From NCBI GenBank assembly GCA_042216675.1, contig JBDGTS010000005.1, positions 1-58,750 of the forward strand: a DNA stretch of 58,750 bases, in the 5' to 3' direction. The first letter of the stretch is position 1. Every line of letters starts with the position of its first letter. Position numbers and translations under genes: made by a program. The notes beneath the pieces are model-generated. The model saw nothing but the letters and a program-made list of their open reading frames with translations, ran no database searches and was not told where the DNA came from. Shown here piece after piece: positions 38,099-47,759 of this stretch. This DNA is from Halobacteriaceae archaeon (GTDB lineage: Archaea > Halobacteriota > Halobacteria > Halobacteriales > Halobacteriaceae).

Positions 38099-40165
38099 AT
38101 GAGCGACGAGGCCGACGGCGCTGACCGGCGAATCGTCGTCGGGACGGGGCGGGACCTCGACAAACAGGACCGCTACGAGGTCACGAAACACGTCGCCCGC
38201 GACTGGGACGTGTGGAAACTCTCGCTTCTGGGCCCGGTGCTCTGGAGCGCGGTCCGCCTGCTCGTCCTCGGCGGGACCCTCCTCTACGTCGCCTACTCCC
38301 TGCAGGGCTACGGCTCGGACCTCGCGCTCCTCATCGACTCGGTGGCCGCCGTCTCCGCCGCCGACGTGGGGCGCGGCGTGCGCGCGCACTCCGTCGCGGT
38401 GCTCCTCGGGGCCACGCTCGGGAGTTGGATTCTCTACCGCGTGATGCTCGCTCTGCAGGGGCTCCTCGGCGACATCGGTTCCCAGCTGCGGACCGCGGGC
38501 CACCAACTCCGGCATCTCGCGGTGCTCTTCGACCTCGACACGTGGCTCCCGCAGAACTACTGGTACCCGTTCACGTCCCACCTGTCCGACCGCGACCCGC
38601 TCGTCGTCCTCTCGAACGCGGACCTCGACGCCGCCGTGAGCGGCGCGTACGTCGATATCCCCTACTACAAGAACGTCTTCGTCGACGCCGTCTACGTCCG
38701 GTTCGAGGGGCTGTCGCCGGGCCGGCGGTTCGAACTCTGGTGGTTCGGGTACCGCGTCACGCTCGGCCGTCGCCTCGTCGCCGTGGCCCTCCTCGGGGTG
38801 GTGCTGGTGGGCCGACTCGACGGCGTCGCGCTGACGGCCGCCCTCGCGTGTCTGCTCGGCGTCGCCGCCGTCATCTGGTTCTCCGTCTCCGCGCTCCCGG
38901 CCGCGGCGGCTGTCGTCACGGCTGTCGTCGCGGCCACAGCGTGGCCCGTCCCGCTCTCCGTCGCCGCCGGTCCGACGTGGACGGCGCTCGAAACGGCGAG
39001 CGTCGCGGGCCTCGCCCTCTACGTCGTCGCCGCGACGGCGTTCCGATACGTGCGCTTCCACCGCCGCTTCTACGGCAACTCCGCCGGCTTCTCCCGGTTC
39101 GGGACGCTCACTGGCGACGAGGAGACGGCGCTGTTCGGCGACGACGCCGCCGAGCGACTGGGGAACTCGCTTGTCGGCTACGGCATCTTCTACGTCAGCG
39201 AGTTCCTGTGGAGCGTCGTCGGCGACCGCTCCTACCACGTCGAGACGGCGGCGAGCGCCGACGACCCGTTCCGCGCCGCGGCTGCCGACGCCGGCACGGA
39301 CCTCCTCCGGTCCGCCGCGCCGCGCCCCCACCGCACCGAGGAGGAGTCCGACGTGACCGCGACTGTCGCTGGCGTGGACTTCGTCCGACACGACTGGAGC
39401 CCACACTGGCGCGACTCCCTCTCCCCCGGGCGGCCCCGCACCGCCAGCCTCGGCGACGGCGACGACAGGGTCGTGGACCGCGTCGGCGACGCGCGCGGCG
39501 TCCGCCTCCCCGTCAAGCGCTTCGTCAGCGTGCCGTGGTGGGCCGCCGGCGACGCGACCCTCGACGAGGGCCCCGACTTCTACTTCGACGCGGCGTGGCG
39601 CGACGAGGAGGTCCACTACCTCCTCCTCGGCGGCGCCGAACATCAGGAGGGGCTGGTCGCGTTCATCCGCTATCTCAAGTCACAGGGGTACGAGAACGTC
39701 GACCTGTTGGAGAACGCGTTCGCCGACGAGGGCGACCTGAAGTTCGTCTCGGAGTACTTCGTCTCCTCGGTCATCCGCGGCGACGAGGACTTCCGGGGGG
39801 ACGCCGACGAGAACGTGTTCCTGTTCCTCAGACACCGCATCGCCGATGACCCCGAGCGCTGGGTCCACGTGCTCTACGGGATGGGGGCGCTGGAGAGCAA
39901 GATGGGCTTTCTGTACTGGTACGACGCCTTCGCGGACTCGGGGTTCGACGGCGAGGCGGACGTGCTCTACCGCGTCTCCTACACGCAAGCGGGCATCGAC
40001 GACGTGGGGGACCTGTACACGGACCCGGACTGGTGCCGGGACGGCCCCCACGAAGTCGACTTCGACTGGACGGCGCCGACCGAATGGCTGGTCGACCCGG
40101 CCGACGACGCCATCGGCTGTGCCGCCGCGGACCTGCACGTCACGGGTGAGTTCGACGATGCGTGA
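38099..40165 (+). CDS. Uncharacterised 688-aa multi-pass membrane protein with a soluble C-terminal region
   Basis: Long ORF with host-like codon usage; about six hydrophobic segments in the first 320 aa; acidic, aromatic-rich C-terminal half; GAAAACCCTTTGA BRE/TATA-like element upstream. Confidence 0.85.
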   Translation: MSDEADGADRRIVVGTGRDLDKQDRYEVTKHVARDWDVWKLSLLGPVLWSAVRLLVLGGTLLYVAYSLQGYGSDLALLIDSVAAVSAADVGRGVRAHSVAVLLGATLGSWILYRVMLALQGLLGDIGSQLRTAGHQLRHLAVLFDLDTWLPQNYWYPFTSHLSDRDPLVVLSNADLDAAVSGAYVDIPYYKNVFVDAVYVRFEGLSPGRRFELWWFGYRVTLGRRLVAVALLGVVLVGRLDGVALTAALACLLGVAAVIWFSVSALPAAAAVVTAVVAATAWPVPLSVAAGPTWTALETASVAGLALYVVAATAFRYVRFHRRFYGNSAGFSRFGTLTGDEETALFGDDAAERLGNSLVGYGIFYVSEFLWSVVGDRSYHVETAASADDPFRAAAADAGTDLLRSAAPRPHRTEEESDVTATVAGVDFVRHDWSPHWRDSLSPGRPRTASLGDGDDRVVDRVGDARGVRLPVKRFVSVPWWAAGDATLDEGPDFYFDAAWRDEEVHYLLLGGAEHQEGLVAFIRYLKSQGYENVDLLENAFADEGDLKFVSEYFVSSVIRGDEDFRGDADENVFLFLRHRIADDPERWVHVLYGMGALESKMGFLYWYDAFADSGFDGEADVLYRVSYTQAGIDDVGDLYTDPDWCRDGPHEVDFDWTAPTEWLVDPADDAIGCAAADLHVTGEFDDA

Positions 40166-40946
40166 CTGTGTGCCGCCAGACGAGGGCGACAGTCTGTTTC
40201 TGTCGGCCACCAGCGTCGTCCACGACCCCGCGGCGGGACGCTGGGACGTGTACGTGGACCCGGAGGACTGTCTGGTCGCCCTCGACGGGGACCGGCGGCA
40301 CCCGTCGATTGACTCGCTGGGTCCCGACGATGTGACCGTCGCCGAGACCGAGGGCCGGCGGCGCTACGAGGGCCGCATTCTGCTCGGTGCGGGCGTCGTG
40401 CCCGTGGTCGGCGACGCCGTGCCGCTCATCTTCCGCGACGCCGGCGCGCCGACGAACCCGTTTTGCTGGACCGCGCCCGCTGGGCGCGTGGACGACGACC
40501 CCGGGACGACGGCGTTCCGGGAGTTCTACGAAGAACTGCTCGTGTTCCGCGACGGGACGCCGGCCTACGTGGACGTGGATGGGGTCGAGATGCGCGACGT
40601 GTACCGGTCGGCCCTCGCCGAGAACGACGTCGACCCCGACGCGCTGACGACGGTGCGCGGGACGGTGCCCGACCGATTCCGGTGTGCCTTCGACACCGTC
40701 GTGACTCATTTTGGCGACCAGCGCATCGAGAGCGAACTCTGGACCGAGTGGATACCCGACGAGCCGTCGCTGGAGTTCCGGACTGCCGTGGAAATCGACG
40801 CAGATCCGAGTCGGCTCACGTTTCGCGACGGCGAACTCGACCGTTGTGTCGAGTTGTTTCCGACCGCCGAACTGGCGTCTCTTCCGGCGGCGCTGTTCGT
40901 CCCCGGCTTGGCGGCGTTCCGCGACGACTTCTTCGCGACGGAGTGA
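40158..40946 (+). CDS. Divergent Nudix-like hydrolase
   Basis: LIFRD...WTAPAGRVDDDPGTTAFREFYEELL resembles a shortened Nudix box; ATG 40158 overlaps the upstream gene by 8 bp. Confidence 0.65.
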   Translation: MRDCVPPDEGDSLFLSATSVVHDPAAGRWDVYVDPEDCLVALDGDRRHPSIDSLGPDDVTVAETEGRRRYEGRILLGAGVVPVVGDAVPLIFRDAGAPTNPFCWTAPAGRVDDDPGTTAFREFYEELLVFRDGTPAYVDVDGVEMRDVYRSALAENDVDPDALTTVRGTVPDRFRCAFDTVVTHFGDQRIESELWTEWIPDEPSLEFRTAVEIDADPSRLTFRDGELDRCVELFPTAELASLPAALFVPGLAAFRDDFFATE

Positions 40947-40984
40947 CCGGGCGATTTATCGGCCGCGACCGATAACCCAGCCCC

Positions 40985-42055
40985 ATGCGTCCGCTCCACG
41001 CCCGCTACCCCTTCCTGTCGAGCGCTCGCGACGCCGTCGCGGAGGCGGGCGTGGATCTGTCGGCTGTCGTGGAGTCCGACGACCCGGCCGTGGACCGCGC
41101 CGTCGAACGCGTCACGAACGCCGTCGCGGACGGCACCGTCGGCGACTCTCACCGCGACACCCGCACCGAACTCGTCTCCTACCCCGTCGCGCGCGTCCTC
41201 GTCTCCCTCGTCGACCAACCGGCGCTGACGCGGCGCTACGCCCACGCCGAGGCCGAGACAGCCTATCACCGCTTTTCAGAGGAACTGAGCGCCGACGAGC
41301 CGGAACTCAGGAGCGTCGAGACGGAGCGGCTGACCCTCGACGCCCTGCTGTCGGAGTTCGACTTGAGCGACGACGTGACCGACGTCGCCGACGGCTTCGA
41401 GGTGGACGTGGTGGCCTACCTCCAACACGCCGCGGGCCTGCGCGGTGACGAGTGGCGCCTCGTCAACCGCGACCTGACGGCGGGCCGCGTCCCCGTCGAC
41501 CGCGCGGAGCTGTACCGCCTGCTCCAGCAAGCCGTCCATCAGCGAATCGAGGACGGCCTCCCGCTCTCCGTGCCCGAGGCCATCGCGGCGCACCTCGACG
41601 ACGAGGTGGCCGAAATCGAAGCCGTCCTCGACGAACTCGACCTGACCCGCGAGATAGACACCGTGGTGCCCGAGTTGTTCCCGCCCTGTATGCAGGCGCT
41701 CCTCGATCAGATTCAGAAGGGCGAACACCTCGAACACCACTCCCGCTTCGCCATCACCTCCTTCCTGACGAGCATCGGGCTGACGACGGACGAAATCGTG
41801 GACCTGTACGCCATCAACCCCGGGTTCGGCGAGGAGATGACCCGCTATCAGACCGACCACATCCGCGGGGATTCCGGGCCGACGGACTACACGCCGCCCT
41901 CCTGTGCGACGATGAAGTCCTACGGCGACTGCGTGAACATGGACGACCTCTGCGACGCCATCTCGCACCCGCTCTCGTACTACGAGGTCAAACTCGACGA
42001 CGCCGACGAGGACGAACTCGAAGACTGGCGAGAGCGAGAGGAGAGCGAGGCGTGA
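40985..42055 (+). CDS. priL: DNA primase large subunit
   Basis: ARYPF, SYPVAR, WRLVNR, FPPCM, RYQ..HI, YTPPSCATM, HPLSYY. Confidence 0.96.
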   Translation: MRPLHARYPFLSSARDAVAEAGVDLSAVVESDDPAVDRAVERVTNAVADGTVGDSHRDTRTELVSYPVARVLVSLVDQPALTRRYAHAEAETAYHRFSEELSADEPELRSVETERLTLDALLSEFDLSDDVTDVADGFEVDVVAYLQHAAGLRGDEWRLVNRDLTAGRVPVDRAELYRLLQQAVHQRIEDGLPLSVPEAIAAHLDDEVAEIEAVLDELDLTREIDTVVPELFPPCMQALLDQIQKGEHLEHHSRFAITSFLTSIGLTTDEIVDLYAINPGFGEEMTRYQTDHIRGDSGPTDYTPPSCATMKSYGDCVNMDDLCDAISHPLSYYEVKLDDADEDELEDWREREESEA

Positions 42056-42090
42056 CTGGAAGAAACGCCTCGCTCCCCAAAATCGGTCGC

Positions 42091-42303
42091 TCAGTCCCGC
42101 GAGAGCCACACGCCCAGCAGCGACATCAGCAGGACGAACCCGGCGATGGCCGCGACCAGTCCGTAGGCGCCCGTCGCCTGTAGCAGTTGGCCGCCGTCCG
42201 TGGGCGTCTCGGTGTACTGGACCCCGATGACGAACGCGGCGGCGACGAAGAGGAGGACGCCCCCGATTCCGACAGCAGTTTCTTCTAACGCGTCACGCTC
42301 CAT
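42091..42303 (-). CDS. Small two-TM membrane protein
   Basis: 70-aa C-terminal part of ORF 42091..42846 from ATG 42303; two hydrophobic helices. Confidence 0.75.
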   Translation of the reverse strand: MERDALEETAVGIGGVLLFVAAAFVIGVQYTETPTDGGQLLQATGAYGLVAAIAGFVLLMSLLGVWLSRD

Positions 42304-42384
42304 AGCCCCGGATTTCCGTCGCCGCCGCAAAAGCGTGTCGGAGGCCGGCGACGGACTGAAATGTGTCGTTCCCCTACCGACAGT

Positions 42385-43020
42385 ATGAGCGAAATCGCAC
42401 CCGAGCGCCGGGCGCTCCGACCTGACGACGGCGGGGACAGCCGCGCCGCCCGCGCCCGCTCGGAACCGATGGCCGTCGTCCCGCTCGGGGGTGGCCGCTA
42501 CGACGTCGTCACCGGCGACGACACCGCCTACACCGTCGACGTGCGGGCCGGCCGGTGCACCTGTCCCGACCACCGCCACCGCGATGCGCGCTGTAAGCAT
42601 CTCCGTCGGGTCGCCCTCGACGTGACCGAGAACCGCGTGCCCGCGCCGGACGAACGGGCCGCGGCGTGTGCGGCCTGCGGCGACACGACGTTCGTCGCCC
42701 GCGAAACGGCGGCCCCCGTCTACTGTGCGGACTGCACGCTCGCACCCGGCGACTTCGCCGTGGACGAGGCGACGGACGACCTGTTGGCCGTCGTGCGGAC
42801 GACGGACCGCCGCGCCGACGAGACGCCGATTCCGGGCACGGGCCACACCGTCGCCTCCTACCCGGGCAACAGCGACTACGAGGACGCTGACGCCGTCGTC
42901 GAGGCCGTGTATCCGGTGCCGGCCGACCCCGAGAGAGTCAGCGCGCGGCCCCCGACGGTGTACTCGTTCCCGCGGGGGCGCCTGCGCCGCGCCGGCGTCA
43001 CTCCACGTCGTCGAGCGTGA
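42385..43020 (+). CDS. SWIM zinc-finger protein
   Basis: CTCPD...CKH SWIM motif, CAAC and CADC pairs, YSFPRGRL terminus. Confidence 0.85.
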   Translation: MSEIAPERRALRPDDGGDSRAARARSEPMAVVPLGGGRYDVVTGDDTAYTVDVRAGRCTCPDHRHRDARCKHLRRVALDVTENRVPAPDERAAACAACGDTTFVARETAAPVYCADCTLAPGDFAVDEATDDLLAVVRTTDRRADETPIPGTGHTVASYPGNSDYEDADAVVEAVYPVPADPERVSARPPTVYSFPRGRLRRAGVTPRRRA

Positions 43021-43423
43021 CCCGTTCCGAGTCGCCGACGAGTTCCGCGAAGTCCGTGCCGTCCGCCAGCGCCGTCTCCTTCTTGACGCGGTAGTTGCCG
43101 CCGTCGGTCGTGTACAGGTCGCCGGGGTGGAAGAAGTACCAGTCCTCCCGGTCGAAGCGCACGGCGATGCGCGCCTTCGCCCCGAAGTTCCGGGCGAAGT
43201 AGACCAGCGCCTCCACCTCCTCGCCGGTGAGGTAGATGGGGTCGCCCGACGAGGACTTGGCCTCGATGGCGTAGAACGTCCCGCCGTCGCCCGCCAGCAC
43301 GTCCGGCAGTTCGCGGTCCGTCGCGGCCCCGGAGGCCGGCGCGCGCATCACGGCGAAGCCGGCCTCGTCGAGTGCGTTGACGAGTTCGCGCTCCCGCCGG
43401 TCGCCCTTGCGGTTGCTCGACAT
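42998..43423 (-). CDS. hjc: Holliday junction resolvase Hjc
   Basis: [26 protein letters not shown] (PD-ExK). Confidence 0.96.
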   Translation of the reverse strand: MSSNRKGDRRERELVNALDEAGFAVMRAPASGAATDRELPDVLAGDGGTFYAIEAKSSSGDPIYLTGEEVEALVYFARNFGAKARIAVRFDREDWYFFHPGDLYTTDGGNYRVKKETALADGTDFAELVGDSERVTLDDVE

Positions 43424-43424
43424 C

Positions 43425-44705
43425 TCAGGTCCCGTGGTCCCACGAGTCCATGTACTCGCGCTGGTCGCCGCTCAGGCCGTCGATGTCGACGCCCTCGGCG
43501 TCGAGTTTGATCTCGGCCACCTCGCGGTCCAAGTCGTCGGGCACCTCGTGGACGCTCGCGTCGTAGGCGTCGGGGTTCTCCGCGAGTTCGCGGACGCAGG
43601 CCGCCTGCACGCCGAAGGACTGGTCCATGACCTCCACCGGGTGCCCCATCGCGACGGGGCTCGCGAGGTTGACCAGACGCCCCTCCGCGAGGACGTTGAT
43701 GCGGCGGCCGTCGGGGAGTTCGTACTCCTCGATGCCGTCCCGGACCTCGGTCACGGACTCGGCCATGGCTTCGAGTTGGTCGAGGTTGATCTCCACGTCG
43801 AAGTGGCCGGCGTTGGCGAGGACGGTACCGTCGGCCATGTCTTCGAAGTGCTCTCGGGTGATGACGTCGCGGTTGCCCGTCGTCGTGAGGAACACGTCGC
43901 CCTCGCTGGCGGCGTCGGCCATCGGCATGACCTCGTAGCCCTCCATGTGCGCTTCGAGGGCGCGGCGGGGGTCCACCTCGGTGACGATGACGTCGGCGTT
44001 CTGGCCGGCGGCCTTCTTGGCGACGCCGCGGCCGCAGTAGCCGTAGCCGGCGACGACGACGGTTTTGCCGGCCCACGAGAGGTTCGTCGTCATCGCGATG
44101 TTGGCGAGCGAGGACTCGCCGGTGCCGTGGACGTTGTCGAAGAGACGCTTCATCGGCGTGTCGTTCACGGCGAACATCGGATAGTCGAGCGCGCCGTCGC
44201 GGTCCATCGCCCGCAGGCGGTGGACGCCGGTGGTCGTCTCCTCACAGCCACCCTTGATCGAGTCCAGCAGGTCCCGATGCTCCTGATGGATGCGGAACAC
44301 CATGTCGCCGCCGTCGTCGACGGTGATGGTCGGTTCGTGGTCGATGACGGCCTCGATGGCCTCGTAGTACGCCTCGTCGTCGACGCCGTGGCGGGCGTAG
44401 GAGGTGATGTTCTCCTGTGCGTCGAGCGCCGCGCTCACGTCGTCGTGCGTCGAGAGCGGGTTACAGCCGGTGACGGCCACCTCGGCCCCGGCGGCGGCCA
44501 GCGTCTCCACCAGCACCGCCGTCTTCGCCTCGACGTGCATCGCCATGCCGACGACTTCGCCGGCCAGCGGTTGCTCCTCGCGGAAGGTGTCGGCCATCTC
44601 CGGCAGAATCGACATGTGCTCGCGGGCCCACGCGATTTTCTTCTCGCCGTCGGCCACCAGTTCGTCGCCGTCAGAAAGCGCGTCGCGCGCCGTCGCCGCG
44701 GTCAT
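43425..44705 (-). CDS. ahcY: Adenosylhomocysteinase family (SAH/SIH hydrolase)
   Basis: [62 protein letters not shown]. Confidence 0.96.
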   Translation of the reverse strand: MTAATARDALSDGDELVADGEKKIAWAREHMSILPEMADTFREEQPLAGEVVGMAMHVEAKTAVLVETLAAAGAEVAVTGCNPLSTHDDVSAALDAQENITSYARHGVDDEAYYEAIEAVIDHEPTITVDDGGDMVFRIHQEHRDLLDSIKGGCEETTTGVHRLRAMDRDGALDYPMFAVNDTPMKRLFDNVHGTGESSLANIAMTTNLSWAGKTVVVAGYGYCGRGVAKKAAGQNADVIVTEVDPRRALEAHMEGYEVMPMADAASEGDVFLTTTGNRDVITREHFEDMADGTVLANAGHFDVEINLDQLEAMAESVTEVRDGIEEYELPDGRRINVLAEGRLVNLASPVAMGHPVEVMDQSFGVQAACVRELAENPDAYDASVHEVPDDLDREVAEIKLDAEGVDIDGLSGDQREYMDSWDHGT

Positions 44706-44837
44706 GCGTGACCAGTGGGCAACGGCACGCAAAACCCTACCGGAGCAGTCCGCTCCGGGCCGGGTCGGGGGTGCGCGACCGGATGTGCGAGTCCGGCCCG
44801 CGGCGCACCGCGTGTCGCAGGCGTGCCTCCGAGTCAG

Positions 44838-45884
44838 TCAGTTGCCGGCGTTGGCGGGCGGGCCGCCGCCGTTCCCGTTGCCGCTGGACTTGTTCTCAGG
44901 GGGACCCCGCTCGCCGTTCCCGGCGTTCTCGGGCGGACCCTGCTCACCGGACTGGCCGTTGCCGCCCGCGTGTTCGGGCGGGCCCTGACCGTCCGTCTCG
45001 TTCTCGTCGCCGCCCGCGTGTTCGGGCGGGCCCTGACCGCCGGTCTTGTTCTCGACGAACTGCGGCGGGCCGCGGTCAGTCTCGTTGCCGCCGGGACCGG
45101 CCATCACGGGCGGCCCCTGCCCGTTGCCGGGGTTCTGCGTGGCCGCGAACTGGGCCACCATCAGGCCGAACGGCCCGGAGACGTTCGAGTCGTTCTGGAG
45201 GCCGTGGACGAGAGCCGCGACCCGTTCGCCGAACGTCATGTTGGCGAGCGACTCGTCCGTTTCGTTCGCGGCGACCAGTTCGACGGTGGTCGAGGCCGTC
45301 TCGTTCTCGTAGGCCGCGGCGACGGTGACGGTCACCGTCTGATTCGGCGAGGGGAGGTCCACCGTGCCGTTCGCGTCGGCGGTGTAGTCGCCCGTGCCGG
45401 CGTAGGTGGCGTTCTCGTCGGCCGTCGTGACGTTCACCGAGGCGTTCGGGGCCGCGGTGCCGTTGTCGGTCACCGTCGCCGTCGCGCTCGCGTCGTCGTG
45501 CTGTTCGACGCTCACGGCGAGGCCGGTGTTCGTCGTGTTCTCGGCGACGAGTTCCGCCGTGGTGTTCGCCGTCGCGTTGTCGTAGGTGGTCGAGATGGAG
45601 ACGTTTACCGTCTGATTCGGCGCGGGGAGGTCCACCGTGCCGTTCTCGTCGGTGGTGTAGTCGCCCGTGCCGGCGTACGTGGCGTTCTCGTCGACCGTGC
45701 TTACGGTCACCGAGGCGTTCGCGGCCGCGGTGCCGTTGTCGGTCACCGTCACCGTCGCGCTCGCGTCGTCGTGCTGTTCGACGCTCACGTCGAGGCTCTC
45801 GGACGTGGCGGCCAGCGCACCGGGAGCAAACGCCACGGCGATGAGCGCTGTCGCCACGAGAACTGCGAGTGCTTTTCGGGTCAT
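44838..45884 (-). CDS. Secreted surface glycoprotein-like protein with two Ig-like repeats and a GPP-repeat tail
   Basis: Sec-type signal (PGALA), two ~91-aa repeats rich in N-x-T/S sequons, FGERVA and FGLMVA helices, repeated GPP units. Confidence 0.82.
   Translation of the reverse strand: MTRKALAVLVATALIAVAFAPGALAATSESLDVSVEQHDDASATVTVTDNGTAAANASVTVSTVDENATYAGTGDYTTDENGTVDLPAPNQTVNVSISTTYDNATANTTAELVAENTTNTGLAVSVEQHDDASATATVTDNGTAAPNASVNVTTADENATYAGTGDYTADANGTVDLPSPNQTVTVTVAAAYENETASTTVELVAANETDESLANMTFGERVAALVHGLQNDSNVSGPFGLMVAQFAATQNPGNGQGPPVMAGPGGNETDRGPPQFVENKTGGQGPPEHAGGDENETDGQGPPEHAGGNGQSGEQGPPENAGNGERGPPENKSSGNGNGGGPPANAGN
45265..45795 (-). repeat. Intragenic tandem duplication with a 273-bp period
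   Basis: GTTCGACG anchor at 45503 and 45776; VSVEQHDDASAT.TVTDNGTAA and ENATYAGTGDYT occur twice. Confidence 0.85.
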
Positions 45885-46025
45885 CGTGCGTCTCAGACGT
45901 GGGACCACGGCCCCTAATAACCGACCAGCCGTTACCCCCGATTTGGCCCGATTAAGCCGGATTTAATCGCCAGACTGAGACGGGTCAAACGGTCGGCAGT
46001 GATGAACCGGCGAAACAGTTATGTA

Positions 46026-47315
46026 TCAGTTTGCCCGCTCGACGAGCGCCGTCGCACGCTCGGCCGCCCGTTCTCGCACCGCCTGTTCGTCGAGGGGGAG
46101 GACCTCGCGGTCGCGCATCAGCACCGCGCCGTCGCAGACCGTGTGGCGCACGTCGCTCCCGCGGGCCGCGTACGCGAGGTGCGAGACGTGGTCGTGGACC
46201 GGCGTGAGGTGCGCCGACCGGAGGTCCACGACGGCGAGGTCCGCCGCCGCGCCGGCCTCGATGCGTCCCGCGTCGAGGCCAAGCGCTTCGGCGTTCCCCC
46301 GCGTCGCCATCTCCACGACGGCTTCTGCGGGCACCGCCGAGGCGTCGTCGGCGGCGAGTTTGCCGACCATCGCCGCGTCGCGCATCTCGTCGAACACGTC
46401 GAGGTCGTTGTTCGACGCGGCGCCGTCGGTGCCGAGGCCGACCGTGACGCCCCGCTCGCGGAGGCGCTGGACCGGCGCCATCCCGCTGGCGAGTTTCATG
46501 TTCGAGGCCGGGCAGTGGATGACCGCCGTCCCCCGGTCCGCGAGGCGGTCCATCTCGGACTCGTCGACGTGGACGCCGTGCGCCACGAAGTCCTCGTCGC
46601 CGAGGAGCCCCGCGTCGTCGGCGAATTCGAGTGGCCGCTCTCCGTGCTCTTCGACGATGGGCGTCACCTCGTCCGTCGTCTCGTTCGCGTGGTAGTGCAG
46701 CGGGAGGTCAGCCTCCCGGGCCGCGTCGGCCATCTCGCGGAGGTGGGCCTCGCTCACGGTGGTCAGACTGTGGGGCTGGACCGTCGTGGAGATGCGCCCG
46801 TCCGCCGCGCCGTCGAGTTCGCGGGCGACGCGGACGCTCCGCTCGACGTCCTCGGCGGCGCCCTCGGTGTCCTTGCCGGCGGTGACCGCCGTGTGCCCGA
46901 GGACGGCCCGCAGGCCGCCCGCCTCGACGGCCGCCGCGATTTCGGGGACGTGGAAGTACATGTCCGCGAACGCCGTCGTGCCGGACTTGATCATCTCCAG
47001 AACACCGAGTTCGGCGCCGGCGGCCACGTCGGCCGGTTCGAGTTCGGCCTCGACGGGCCAGATGTCCTCCCGAAGCCACGCGTCGAGGGGCTTGTCGTCG
47101 GCGTAGCCCCGGAGGAGCGTCATCGCGACGTGCGTGTGGCCGTTGATGAGACCGGGAATCACGAGGCCATTCGTCGCGTCGAGTCGCTCGTCGCCCGCGG
47201 CCGTCTCCCCCACGTCGAGAATCTCGCCCGCGTCGCGGTCCACGAGGACGCTCCCGCGTTCGACGGTCCCGTTCGGGCGGAGCACGCGGCCGCCAGCGAC
47301 TTCCAACGTCGTCAT
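46026..47315 (-). CDS. Amidohydrolase, MtaD/DadD-like SAH/MTA/5'-deoxyadenosine deaminase
   Basis: PGLINGHTH, FADMYF, HANE, HCPASNMKLASG, GTDGAASNN. Confidence 0.9.
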   Translation of the reverse strand: MTTLEVAGGRVLRPNGTVERGSVLVDRDAGEILDVGETAAGDERLDATNGLVIPGLINGHTHVAMTLLRGYADDKPLDAWLREDIWPVEAELEPADVAAGAELGVLEMIKSGTTAFADMYFHVPEIAAAVEAGGLRAVLGHTAVTAGKDTEGAAEDVERSVRVARELDGAADGRISTTVQPHSLTTVSEAHLREMADAAREADLPLHYHANETTDEVTPIVEEHGERPLEFADDAGLLGDEDFVAHGVHVDESEMDRLADRGTAVIHCPASNMKLASGMAPVQRLRERGVTVGLGTDGAASNNDLDVFDEMRDAAMVGKLAADDASAVPAEAVVEMATRGNAEALGLDAGRIEAGAAADLAVVDLRSAHLTPVHDHVSHLAYAARGSDVRHTVCDGAVLMRDREVLPLDEQAVRERAAERATALVERAN

Positions 47316-47350
47316 GGCGCCGTCTCCGCCCGCGGGGCCCCTAAGGGTTG

Positions 47351-47725
47351 CTACCCGGGCGCCGTCGTGAACAACTCGAAGAGGTTCGCGAGCGGCACCG
47401 CCAGCGCCACCGAGGCAACGATGTGTCCGAGGGTGACGAGCGCCGCCGTCCGGTAGCGAAGGCGGTAGATGCCGTGAACTGCGGCGAAGTCGGCGGCGAG
47501 CGCGATGCCCAGAATCAGCGCGGGCGGATACCGGATGAGCGCCATCGTGACGACGGCGGGCACCACGCCGACGACGGCGGCGCGGCGCCACGGCACGTCT
47601 CCGAGGAAGTACGTGGTCGCTATCTGGGCGGTGAAGGTGAAGAAGGCCCACGCCAGCAGCAAGGTGCCGACGTAGGCGGTGACGTCGCCCGCGGCGGGGG
47701 CGACGCTCTGGGCCACCGGAACCAT
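47351..47725 (-). CDS. Conserved four-TM membrane protein
   Basis: ATG 47725; TAQIATTYFLGDVPWRRA and IYRL motifs. Confidence 0.78.
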   Translation of the reverse strand: MVPVAQSVAPAAGDVTAYVGTLLLAWAFFTFTAQIATTYFLGDVPWRRAAVVGVVPAVVTMALIRYPPALILGIALAADFAAVHGIYRLRYRTAALVTLGHIVASVALAVPLANLFELFTTAPG

Positions 47726-47759
47726 ACGCACAGTCCGGTCGGGGGCCGCAAGTCGCTTT

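Noticed and set aside
38058-40984. IS element, provirus or canonical CBASS as the identity of the pcn-priL insert
   Set aside because: No transposase, integrase, terminal repeats, target duplication or recognisable nucleotidyltransferase motif.
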